33,031 nt of DNA, taken from NCBI RefSeq assembly GCF_001194135.2, contig NC_068982.1, positions 77,599,262 to 77,632,292 of the forward strand. Direction: 5' to 3'. The notes below the pieces were generated by a model that did not search any database, was not told where the DNA came from, and saw only the letters and a list, made by a program, of their open reading frames with translations. The first letter of the stretch is position 1. Each line of letters starts with the position of its first letter. Positions 1 through 10,320 of this stretch are shown here, piece after piece. The position numbers and the translations under genes were made by a program. The stretch is from Octopus bimaculoides (Eukaryota).

Positions 1-177
1 ATTTGTATATGCTCCACAAGGGAAAACAAGGAACATTGTTTACAACGAGGTGTTATAATCACAACAGCAAGAAAGTATGTACATGATCACCTTCTTTTAC
101 GAAACTTCATTGACTTTCATATATTTATATTGATATACATATATATACGTGTGTTTGGGTGCGTGTGTGTATATACA

Positions 178-268
178 TCTCTATATATAAAGATGATGCG
201 TAGTCTAGACGGCGTTTTTAGATTTCATTATTCTCTTTAACCCGGGCAACGCCGGGTATTTCTGCTAG
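178..268 (+). mobile_element. Miniature non-autonomous Helitron (91 bp)
   Basis: Starts TCTCTATATATAAAG. Subterminal hairpin ACCCGG-gcaacg-CCGGGT (240-257) is followed by CTAG (265-268). Sits between A177 and T269 with no TSD. Confidence 0.75.
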
Positions 269-280
269 TATGTAATATAT

Positions 281-364
281 TCTTTTACTTGTTTCAGTCA
301 TTTGACTGCAGCCATGCTGGAGCACCGCCTTTAGTCGAGAAAATCGACCCCGGGACTTATTCTT
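281..364 (-). mobile_element. 3' fragment of a cephalopod tRNA-derived SINE
   Basis: Minus strand ...GGTGCTCCAGCATGGCTGCAGTCAAATGACTGAAACAAGTAAAAGA. The same tail occurs on + at about 30870-30920. Confidence 0.75.
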
Positions 365-371
365 ATCTATC

Positions 372-408
<37 letters not shown>

Positions 409-495
409 TTGTAATATGTATATATGTAATATATATCTATATCTATATATATGTATGTAATATATATATGTGTGTAATATATATATATATATATA

Positions 496-704
496 TGGGA
501 GAATTTATGAAAAAAACAACAGACGAAGACAGGTGGTGTAAACAACAAATGGATGTATTAGTTTAACGCTCGGGAATAGAGAATGTCTTTGACATTTCGA
601 GCTACGCACTTCAACTGAAAGGAACACAGAAAGAAATAAGGAGAGAAACAAGGAGAAAAAAAATATAAATGTAGTGGTCAGCGATCTATCATGGCGAATG
701 TATG

Positions 705-710
<6 letters not shown>
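496..710 (-). repeat. Short Penelope-like-derived repeat with a degenerate hammerhead motif at 587-621
   Basis: Flanked by (TA)n. Minus strand reads CTTT-CAGTTGAA-GTGC-gta-GCTC-GAAA-TGTC-AAAG: hammerhead layout with two core changes. Confidence 0.5.
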
Positions 711-748
<38 letters not shown>

Positions 749-2108
749 AAAGACACACACGTGTGTGTATGTATGTATCTTCATCATTTAATGTCTATAT
801 TCCATATTGGCAAACGTAGGATGAGACAGGGTCCAAAGATTGTATCATGTACCATTGCCTACTTTAGCATGGTTTCTATGACGATGCTCTTCTTAACACC
901 AACCACTTTATAGCATACAATTCATACCACCAGCACTAGCCAAGTTGCTATGCAGCTTGCAAGACTATGACCCTGCCACAAAAAAGAGGTAACTTTATGC
1001 TAGAAGATGAGTGATTAAGATATGAAGGAAAGATCCAGAGCAAACAGATTTCTTTCTGTACAAGTGCTACATGACTTCTCACATTTAAGAAGCGGGATGG
1101 GGTGATCAGGTTAGAACTGGGAAGAGATAAAAATAGCAGTGATGAGGTGTTTGGGTGGACCCTCAACTGTCTTTTTGTTTCATTATTTTCTCTTAAAAAC
1201 TGTTTTGTTTTGTGCTATAATCAACTTAGTAGTATTCTCCTCTCAAATTATACAATTCATAATTTATTTTGGTACAGCTCTTAGTTTTTAATTCTGAATC
1301 CATTATATACGTACTACCTCTATGCATTTGTAACAAGCAATAAAAATGAATTATATGGATGAGAGAATTATGTTTAGTGCACTATTCTACAGTCTATTTT
1401 ATTGTTTTTACATTTTTATTCATTATTGAAACATTGGTCATACTGAATACCATAAATATCAACTGACAAAGATATTAAAGTGCAACAATAAATATAATGA
1501 CAAACTGAACCATTTAGATGATTGCTTGATATGAAATGCTGCCTCTGATGGCATCACATTTCACAGGTGGAAGCTCCAGAGAAAATGTATATTTATATAA
1601 AGATTTTCAAGTCTTCTATGAGGTAATATAAATGGTGATTTCACTTTGAAGATTGGATGATGCTAGTAATTCTTTTAAGTAACATGTTTATTCTGGCCAT
1701 TATTCTCATATCAAGTAACAGGACTGAATTAAGTGAAGATGTTGAATATAAACTAGCTTGTAGCTAAAAATCAATGCTATCACTTACATCTTCAACAGAT
1801 AATGTTTTGAATAATATGCTTGAGGGTCACATCAAGTGGCTTCTAGTGGCAGAAGCCTGAACTACAATGGGCTTGTCCCATAGAGCACATTCCTGGTTAC
1901 TTTTGGGTACCCATCATATTTTATATATTTAACCTAAGCAGTTTTATTTGTTTATTTGCATCATTATCTCCATATTAGCTCACCTAGATTCCTCTTATAA
2001 CCATTCTTTACCCAATGGACTTAGTCTTCAATAAAGACATCAGAAGTTCAAATCATATGAGTGCTATGAAATTTTTGTCTATATTGAGCATCTTTGGATC
2101 TCATCTGT

Positions 2109-2153
<45 letters not shown>

Positions 2154-2165
2154 GTATGTGTGTGT

Positions 2166-2613
2166 NNNNNNNNNNNNNNNNNNNNNNNNNNNNNNNNNNN
2201 NNNNNNNNNNNNNNNNNNNNNNNNNNNNNNNNNNNNNNNNNNNNNNNNNNNNNNNNNNNNNNNNNNNNNNNNNNNNNNNNNNNNNNNNNNNNNNNNNNNN
2301 NNNNNNNNNNNNNNNNNNNNNNNNNNNNNNNNNNNNNNNNNNNNNNNNNNNNNNNNNNNNNNNNNNNNNNNNNNNNNNNNNNNNNNNNNNNNNNNNNNNN
2401 NNNNNNNNNNNNNNNNNNNNNNNNNNNNNNNNNNNNNNNNNNNNNNNNNNNNNNNNNNNNNNNNNNNNNNNNNNNNNNNNNNNNNNNNNNNNNNNNNNNN
2501 NNNNNNNNNNNNNNNNNNNNNNNNNNNNNNNNNNNNNNNNNNNNNNNNNNNNNNNNNNNNNNNNNNNNNNNNNNNNNNNNNNNNNNNNNNNNNNNNNNNN
2601 NNNNNNNNNNNNG
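2166..2613. other. Assembly gap (N); further gaps at 17335-17353, 22343-22472, 24641-24823 and 28259-28793
   Basis: Runs of N; true lengths are unknown. Confidence 1.
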
Positions 2614-2633
2614 GGGCAAGCGAAAGTGAAATC

Positions 2634-2959
2634 GTGATGGCACCTGTGCCCAGCGTTGCCTTCCTGGCACATGTAAAGACATTCGAGTGAGATCGTTGCC
2701 AGTGCCGCTGGACTGGCTCCTGTGCAGGTGGCACGTAAAATACACCATTTTGAACGTGGCCATTGCCAGTACTGCCTGACTGGCCCTCTACACTCTCAGA
2801 GTGGTTGGTGTTAGGAAGGGCATCCAACTGTAGAAACTCTGCCAAATCAGATTGGAGCCTGGTGTAGCCATCTGGTTCACCAGTCCTCAGTCAAATCGTC
2901 CAACCCATGCTAGCATGGAAAGCGGACGTTAAACGATGATGATGATGATGATGATGATG
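2634..2959 (+). mobile_element. SINE 3' portion with AGGAAGGGCATCC core and (GAT)n tail
   Basis: GGTTGGTGTTAGGAAGGGCATCCAACTGTAGAAAC...AACCCATGCTAGCATGGAAAGCGGACGTTAAACGATGATG. Related copies at about 10170-10320, 16915-17090 and 25960-26097. The 5' end is lost in an N gap. Confidence 0.8.
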
Positions 2960-4694
2960 AATAAGGCAGTGAGCTAGCAGAATTGTTTGCACATTGGGCC
3001 TGGTGCCTATAGTCACATATGTGTGTGTGTACCTGAATGGTACCATTGTCAATTTACAGAGTAAGATAGAGAAAATACCAATAAGTAAATTTATGCTAAA
3101 TTGTAACCATTAAATATGCAGAACACTTTTTAAATTTTAAATAAGCTTGAAATAAATTTGGTATTAAATTTAAACTTTGGTATTAAATTAAAAAATATCT
3201 GATACGAATTAATGGTATTTGTTTGCTATTTAGCAAGTAACATGTTAAATCTTATTTCATACTTACAAAACTCTAGGAGGCAAAAATATACGATTTATAA
3301 CTTCTATGATAAACATGAATGGAGAATAAAAATAATCAAAGCAGTAACATGTATTTTGACTAGTGATGACAAATTAAGAAACAAGCATCATTAAATGTGA
3401 ACATGAAAGAAAAGATTACGTTAATAGGAATAAATAATTCCTGCTATGTAATAAAATATTTTGAGTATTTGGCAAAATTCCAAATCAAAGTCTATCAGGT
3501 TTATCTGATTAAAAAAAAGAAAAAGAATTCTGCACTTGTGTCTCCTCTTGATAGGTCATTGTTGAAGCTTTACTCAAAATAAATGCCATGATGAAATATT
3601 GAAAGGATTGGCATGCAGTCATCAAGGAAATTGATCAAGGAATGATAAAGTGAGTTCTGTAAATTTTTAATAAGGCTTTTCTATAAATTATTCATTATTT
3701 TTTAATATTAATAGTTGCAGTTCAATAGTTTGCTTGCATTTATTGTATGTTGAACACCAATCATTATAATAGATATAACATATATCACATGAGGATGGAA
3801 AATACTAATATTGAAAGGAAAATAAAATCAGGCAGAGAAGTCATCAGGTTATGTGGAACAGCAATCAAAATAAACATAACATTTATATATTACACACTGA
3901 AGAAAAATGGTACTAATAATGGTGAAATAAATCATTTTAAAGGTGAATTTTGAAGTGGATTTAGCTAGAAATAATGGCAATACTATATTGAAATAAAAGT
4001 GAAGCTTAAATTAAAAAATGATTGAAGACTACCTGCTGGATATGAACCCACAAACAAACTAATAATGGTTTCTAATTTAGACATAAGGCCAACGATTTTG
4101 AGGAGAGAAGGTAATTTGATACCTTCAAACCCAGGACTTAGCTGATATTTTATTTTATTGACTCTGGTGAGATGAAAGACTCAGATTGTAAAGAACAGGA
4201 AGAAATACTGCAAGACAGCATTTCTGACACCCTAATGATTCTGCCAACTCTCTGCTCCAAAATGATATTAAAAATAATTGAAATAAAAAAAAAACAGAGA
4301 TTTATTTAAGTCTTACTTAGACTTGGAGCAATTCATGAAGTCAATAAAATTTTACTGAAAGGCTTAGATTGTATATATAATTTATTCTTGTAGAAATTAA
4401 CAGATATTTAAAATTGTCTTCTTACATATACACTTTATAAACCCTGACATTTTTATCATCTCCTAAAGAAAAGTTAAATCTAACACTCAATGATTTTTCA
4501 GTTTCCAATGAGTCAAGTACTCTATCAGGAAGTTGTTCTTTCCTCTCTTTTCTTTCCTTGTCAGATAAACAGAGTTCCAGTGTTTTACTTAGTGTTTGCA
4601 CATTTTCACTGGTGAAGTACATATGTATGCTCAACTTTTGGATAGTGCAACTTCCCAATAACAATAAACAATGCACATCACTCTAACTAATACT

Positions 4695-5678
4695 GACAGG
4701 CTCTGCCTAACAAAAAAGGAAGAAAACAGAGGATTTCTAAATGCAGAAGACATTATTAGCACTTTGCTATTGGGGTTAAAAAGCTATTTAATGTGTAGTG
4801 AAGAAAGAATATGATTAGCAGCTAGAAATATCCAAAAAACAGGAGAATTCAAGAAGAGAAGGAGGAGCAACAAGAAAAGTAGCTGGAAAGAGAAGGAATT
4901 ACATGACTAATTCATGCAACAAACCAAGGATGTTCAAAGTAAAGATTGTTGGTTGTGGCTAGTGGATGGAAACCTGAAGTGAGAAACTGACTTGCTAATT
5001 ATAGTTGTTCAGCAACTAGCTATTAGAATAAATCTGATAAAAGGCAAAGATTGATAAAACTCAGAGAGCAAACGCAGAACCTGTGGGAAAGGAAATGAAA
5101 GAATTAACCATCTTTTAAGTGAATGCAGTAAGCTAGTATAAAGAGAGTATAAGTGTAGGCATAACTGTGTAGATGAAAGAATGCATTGGGATGTTAGCCA
5201 AATACGTGCATTCAAAGTAGCAGAAACAAAGTATGAACATGGGCCAGAAGGTGTGATGGGAAATAATAATTACATGATTTTATGAAAAGACTAGATATGA
5301 TTGTAAAGGACAAAAATAAAAATATTTATAAAAAAAAGAAAGAAAAAGTGTAAGATCATAGAATTTGCAATACCATATGATAATTGAGTTGATACTAAAG
5401 AAACTGAAAAAAAATATCATGACCTAGCCAGAAAGATGAAGAGGTTGTGGAAAACTAAGATGACAATTATTTTTATGATAATTGGAGTACTTGGTACAAC
5501 ACCCAAACTGCTACCTAAAAGACTGATAGATATTAAAATTGAGACTTGCATTGTTGACCTGAAGTGCAAACTTGTATTCTGCAAGAATCTTAAGAAAGAT
5601 CCTTCAGATTTGAGGAAACTTGGTATCACCAAATCTCAAGACAACGTCCTGCAAACTAATGTAGCATGTAATGGCTTC

Positions 5679-5723
<45 letters not shown>
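4695..5723 (+). mobile_element. 3' remnant of an R4/Dong-like non-LTR retrotransposon (RLE endonuclease) ending in (AAT)15
   Basis: Stop- and frameshift-ridden translation: DRLCL..RGFLNAED; WKEKELH..F..QT..V.S..CWLWL..GNLK*ET; CCHC knuckle (C>R)RTCG..NERINHLLSEC from about 5073; YEHGPEGV; EFAIPYD..V..KE.EKKYHDLA..MKRLWK..IGVLGTTPK. (AAT)n tail at 5679-5723. Confidence 0.85.
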
Positions 5724-5726
<3 letters not shown>

Positions 5727-5799
5727 GTATTGATTCAAAATATCTATATTTGTTACAATATTGTAATTTTTTTCATCACCAAAAGAAGTTATGCTGTGA

Positions 5800-5970
5800 A
5801 GGTACTGGCATAGCTGTGGTTAAGAAATTGCTTCAAAACTACATGATTCTAGGTTTGATTCCACTGCAGAGCAACTTGGTAAAAGTCTTCTATTGTAGCT
5901 TTGGGTTTCCAATGCCATGAGAGCAGAATGAAACTGTTTAGAAGGTTGTCATGCATGCATGTCTGTGTGT
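5800..5970 (+). mobile_element. Degenerate tRNA-derived SINE (head and CORE-like body)
   Basis: Box A-like GGCATAGCTGTGGTTAAG and box B-like GGTTTGATTCC, followed by ACTTGGTAAAAGTCTTCTATTGTAGC; same family as 9873-10030. Confidence 0.6.
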
Positions 5971-6279
5971 ACAGGGAGTTTTCTTTTTTTCTAATTATTC
6001 AAATTCTTCCTACAAAGAAACTGTGTGCATGGCTTAAATGAAATTTGTTGAGGCAGACTTTTCTATTGCTGTAAGTCCTTCTTGTTGCCATCCCTCACTT
6101 GTTTTTTAAGTAAGGCAATATTTTCTCATAGCTAGAGTGTTTTTCCTGGAAGACTGGAAACAAACAACAATGGTGATGCGTATTTACAACCATCACAGGA
6201 TGTCAAGACTAAGGTTAATATGGACATACATGCATACGTACATACTATATATATACACAACAGCTTGCGTCTATCAAAT

Positions 6280-6398
6280 ACACCTACAAGGCTTTGATTT
6301 TCCTGGAACTAAAGTAGAAGACACTTGCCCAAGCTGCTAAGCATCTTGAGATCACATGGTTGGAAACAAGCTTCTTAATGACATAGCCACACCTGCAA
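6280..6398 (-). mobile_element. Degenerate tRNA-derived SINE head/body
   Basis: Plus strand AAAGTAGAAGACACTTGCCCAAG...CACATGGTTGGAAACAAGCTTCTTAA is the reverse complement of the SINE head/CORE-like block. Confidence 0.6.
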
Positions 6399-7700
6399 CT
6401 ATAGCCACACTACACCTACATATTCATATTTTATATTTTATGTTAGTTGAAGAGATGAAACAAAAAGTAAATAAACAATTTGTGAAAAAAATTGTGCTCA
6501 AATTTGTATAACATATGCAATATTAGTATTTGGAATAAATGTTATGCAATGGAGTTCCTAACTAGACTCTCATTTTAATCATAATGAATAAGTTGCTGTA
6601 CAATGATAAACATGTGTTAATGTCCCTCCAACCTTCATTCCATCAAATCAATTACTTCAAGATTCAGTTATCTCTCCCATACTCTTCTACATTAACAACT
6701 AACCTGCTGCCATGTGCACAGAATGGCCTTGCCTACATTTCTAAATTTTCTGCATGCAGATCTTGTATATATACACAGCCTCCAAACACTTCAACACCTA
6801 TAGCTAGACATGTACATTATCTATGAACAGGAATCTTTTATAAAAAAAAACAAAAAAAAAAAAACACACACACACATACATTTTACAATAATAATGATTT
6901 AACAGTTTGATACATCACCAACACCAGACATCTTAAGAAAACAAACCCACCTTACTAAATCATTACTAGTCATTAATGACATGCAGCTAAAACAATTATA
7001 CTCTTTATCTCTATCTGTATTTTCCCTCCAGCCACTTGCAAGATCCCACAGTTAACGATAATACAGCCCAAAGTCCATATCTTTCAGTCTGAGAAAGTTT
7101 TTGACATTTCTCTCCAAACTCTGACCAAAACCAAAATAAAAATGATTCCAGGACAGTAGCTCAATGAATATGTAACAATTTTAACAACCAAGAATATTGG
7201 GAAAATATACCAATCAAAAAGAATACAATGGGAGGAACATAAATATTATATATATTATAGAACATAAATTTATAAGGCTATAAGTGCTAATGTGTTAGTA
7301 TATAATGCTTTGCTAATGAGGCCTAGATAAAAGCAAAACATGTTCAGAGCTGTCTCCCATATTTTACATAGAACTGAAAATAAAGTTAGTTGCTCACTAA
7401 TGTTAGATTTTCTGCATCACAATTATTTCTAGCTGACACTTTAAAGATACTGGCATTAAATGTTATTTATTCTCTAGACAATTATATTTTCCTATGTATA
7501 TTTATTTATTTAGTGATTTTTTTCATCACCACTTCAACAAGTACAGTGTAAGTTAAGTTTTGTGCATGTGGTCAGAATAATACCAAAACATATCTAAAAA
7601 AATATCAAATTTAAAAAAAAATTAATATTCACAAAAATAATTAAAATTTTCATCAGATGATTAAAAAGTATTAAAGATATTTAAAATACCAAATACAAAC

Positions 7701-7872
7701 CTTTGTCGCCAGTTCCGTCTTACACAATTTTGGTGTTTGCGATCACGTTGCTTTCTTCTAAGACTCTCTTGAAAACGTTTCATTTTAACCCACTTTCTAC
7801 CAGCTGTATCAAATGTACACCATATACACACCACAACACTTAACATGATGCCCCAATTGCAAATTATAACAC
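7701..7872 (-). CDS. DAGLA: Internal coding exon of diacylglycerol lipase alpha (fourth TM helix and start of cytosolic region)
   Basis: Acceptor ttcttttttgttttcag|GT GTT ATA, donor CAA AG|gtttgt. 172 nt, phase 1/2, translating (G)VIICNWGIMLSVVVCIWCTFDTAGRKWVKMKRFQESLRRKQRDRKHQNCVRRNWRQ(R). Matches the family motif G-x-V-x-C-N-W...C-x-F-D-x-x-G-R-x-W/F-V-K and the invertebrate inaE-type RNWRQR. Confidence 0.95.
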
Positions 7873-8439
7873 CTGAAAACAAAAAAGAATATGAATTTAA
7901 ATTTTATTCAAATGAGACTTCATGAAAAAATAAAACAAACTTAAGAAGTAATTATTTTATTTTGTTCTCTATATTAGTGTTGGTTATACCAGTTTAATGA
8001 TTACTGCCTGTATTAATATGTCTAGGGGATATAATGAAACACTTTTCTAAACATATTCATGTTCTGTTGCTTATAGTTCTCTCTGTGTTTTCATAGAACA
8101 TCTACCATAGTCACACTTACTTTCCACTACTCACACACATAACATTTAAACCAATGAAATAACATTTATTTCTCAATTCAATATGTTACAGTCTAGTCTC
8201 TAACATTACCAGACTAAATAATAAAATAAAATGATAAGTCAGTCATCTCTGCTGTAATGTAAAATTGTATGAAACATTGTTATAATATATAAAGGAAAAA
8301 ATTTCCTAATAACAACCACTCATGTCTAAAACGTGATGGAGAACATATTTTTAAGGCAGACACAAGATTACTGGTGATTTCAGTTAAAAATAATGTATTG
8401 TTTATGTATATTATTAACTATGTTATTTTTTTAAGGGGG

Positions 8440-8600
8440 TAGGTGCAGTATGGCTGAATGGTTAAGAAGTTTGCTTTCACAATCATGAGGTCCCAGGTTC
8501 AATCTTACAATGGAACATCTTCAACAAATGTTATTGGGGTGACCCAAATCTTCTGAGTGAAATTGGATAAATGGAAAATGTATAGAAGCCTGTCAGAAAC
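8440..8600 (+). mobile_element. Degenerate tRNA-derived SINE
   Basis: TGGCTGAATGGTTAAG (box A), GGTTCAATC (box B), then GTGAAATTGGATAAATGGAAAATGTATAGAAGCCTGTC body. Confidence 0.6.
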
Positions 8601-8723
8601 AGCCTTTTCACACATACTGTGTCATGTTGATTCTACCTGAAAGTTGCATTAAGAATGATTAGCCATTGACACATTAATTCAGGAGCAGGTAATTCAGTTG
8701 ATTGAACAACTGGATCATTCTCC

Positions 8724-8886
8724 ATTATTTACGTTATTTACATTTGACAGATATTTATCCTCATCTTGTTTGTTGTTAACACAAAATTTCGACTGATATA
8801 CCCTCCAACCTTCATCAGATGTCTTGGGAAAATTTCAGACCTGGGTTCTCATTCTTAAGGTATTTTTCGATGTTATTATTATTATT
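8724..8886 (-). mobile_element. Inverted partial copy of the hammerhead-bearing module (no tRNA head)
   Basis: Reverse complement of about 9060-9215. Minus-strand motif GACAT-CTGATGA-A-GGTTG..CAGTC-GAAA-TTTT-GTGTT at 8778-8823. Confidence 0.85.
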
Positions 8887-8989
8887 TCTCAAATCAATAT
8901 GTTATAGTCAAGTCTATATAAATAAATAATAAAATAAAATAATTCAGCCATCTCTGCTGTAATGTAAAATTGTAGGAAACATTGGTATA

Positions 8990-9247
8990 TGGCATAGTGG
9001 TTAAGAGCACGGGCTACTAACCCAAAGATTCTGAGTTCAATTCCAGGCAGTGACCTGAACAACAACAACAACATCGAAAAATACCTTAGGAATGAGAACC
9101 CAGGTCTAAAATTTTCCCAAGACACCTGATGAAGGCTGGAGGGTATATCAGCCAAAACATTGTGTTAACAACAAACAAGATGAGGACAAATATCTGTCAA
9201 ATGTAAATAATGTACATAATTCCTCATCTCTTAAATATAGAACTGTA
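8990..9247 (+). mobile_element. Composite element: tRNA-derived head + (AAC)n + hammerhead-like module
   Basis: Box A TGGCATAGTGG (8990-9000), box B GAGTTCAATTCC (9033-9044), anticodon-like arm GGG-CTACTAA-CCC, then GACAC-CTGATGA-A-GGCTG-(10 nt)-CAGCC-AAAA-CAT-T-GTGTT (9121-9166). Confidence 0.8.
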
Positions 9248-9872
9248 TGGATCATTCTCATCAAACAACAGAGCTCCCCCATTATTTTTGGATGTAAGAC
9301 CCTAAAATTCATTTGTAATTTAGTACATAAATTACCGAATCCAGAACAAAAGATGCCCACAAAGGAATCTCCGAATAGTTACACAAACTGCTAAAAATAG
9401 GAGCCAAATCTTCTTTAAATCCTACCTACTGTCTTAAAAAGAAATACACTGGATAATACAGTCCTAGGTGCACTATACCTAAAGAAAAAGCCAAGATAGT
9501 CACAGCAGAATGCTTATAAAGATAGGTCTGCTCAACCAGGGCTAACTTAGAAGCTAAACAATAACATAGGACAAAAAACAAACAAACACTGCAATTGTTT
9601 TGAAGTTAGAAGAAAAGACAAGGTCTTAGAATTTAATTAAAACAGGATTAAATATAATTTGGGTTTAAATATGATTTTTGTAAAGAGAAATAATAGGTCA
9701 ACTGCAAAGATAAATGCAACTCATAAAAAACGAAGATTATGGTTCAAAGGAGCCATGCTACAGTTAATGTTTCATCTGAGATGATACATTAATTTGTTGG
9801 AATTGGAGTTGGACACAACAAATTTTGATATATCAAAGAACTGCAACAGAACTAGAATTAATGTACTGGGAT

Positions 9873-10320
9873 TCATGGCTGTGAGTAAAAAGTTTGCTTC
9901 CTAACTAAATAGTTTCAGGTTCAGTCTCACAGCATGGCATCTTGGGTAAGTGTCTTCTCCTATAGCTCTGGTCTGACCAAAACCTTGTGAGTGGATTTGG
10001 TAGATGGAAACTGAAAGAAGTTTGTTGAATGTGTGTGTACACGTGTGTGTGTGTATACATGTTTGTGTGAGTAAGTACATGTGGGTCTGTAGGTGTCACT
10101 CTCCCCTTGGTTTGACATTGCATGATAGTTGTAAACAAGTGTCACCACTGTACAATCTTCCATGAAAACATGTCTAGACATGGGGAAATTTTACCTCAGT
10201 TGGAAACAGGCGAGGGTTGGCAACACAGGGCATCAAACCATAGAAAATATGCATCAGTGACCCATGCAAACAATAAAATGGACATTGAAACTATTATGAT
10301 GATGATGATGATGATGATGA
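9873..10320 (+). mobile_element. Near full-length tRNA-derived SINE with internal (TG)n and (ATG)n tail
   Basis: Head GGTTCAGTCTCAC, CORE-like CATCTTGGGTAAGTGTCTTCT, GTGAGTGGATTTGGTAGATGGAAACTGAAAGAAG, (TG)n, and tail ending in (ATG)n at about 10296-10320. Confidence 0.75.

Noticed and set aside
505-913. ORF-track entries rich in YI/CV/HT/ER repeats or X (also 2015-2845, 17100-17414, 22309-22535, 24612-24872, 27705-27890, 30501-30804)
   Set aside because: Translations of microsatellites and N gaps.
948-1200. GC-richer block that may be a LINE 3' remnant
   Set aside because: I could not assign a protein motif or a second copy in the window.
4427-4610. Open minus-strand stretch (SENVQTLSK...NVRVYKVY) with an AG before and GTAAG after, a candidate next DAGLA exon
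   Set aside because: No similarity in any frame to the expected downstream DAGL sequence (W...C...CC) and a weak polypyrimidine tract. The next exon is probably outside the window or in an N gap.
7290-7374. Strong acceptor-like ctttattttcag on the minus strand
   Set aside because: The required phase-2 frame hits a stop after two codons; the other frames are not DAGL-like.
8990-9050. tRNA-like sequence as a real tRNA gene
   Set aside because: The T-stem is mispaired, there is no acceptor stem or oligo-T terminator, and it continues into repeat sequence; it is a SINE-type head.
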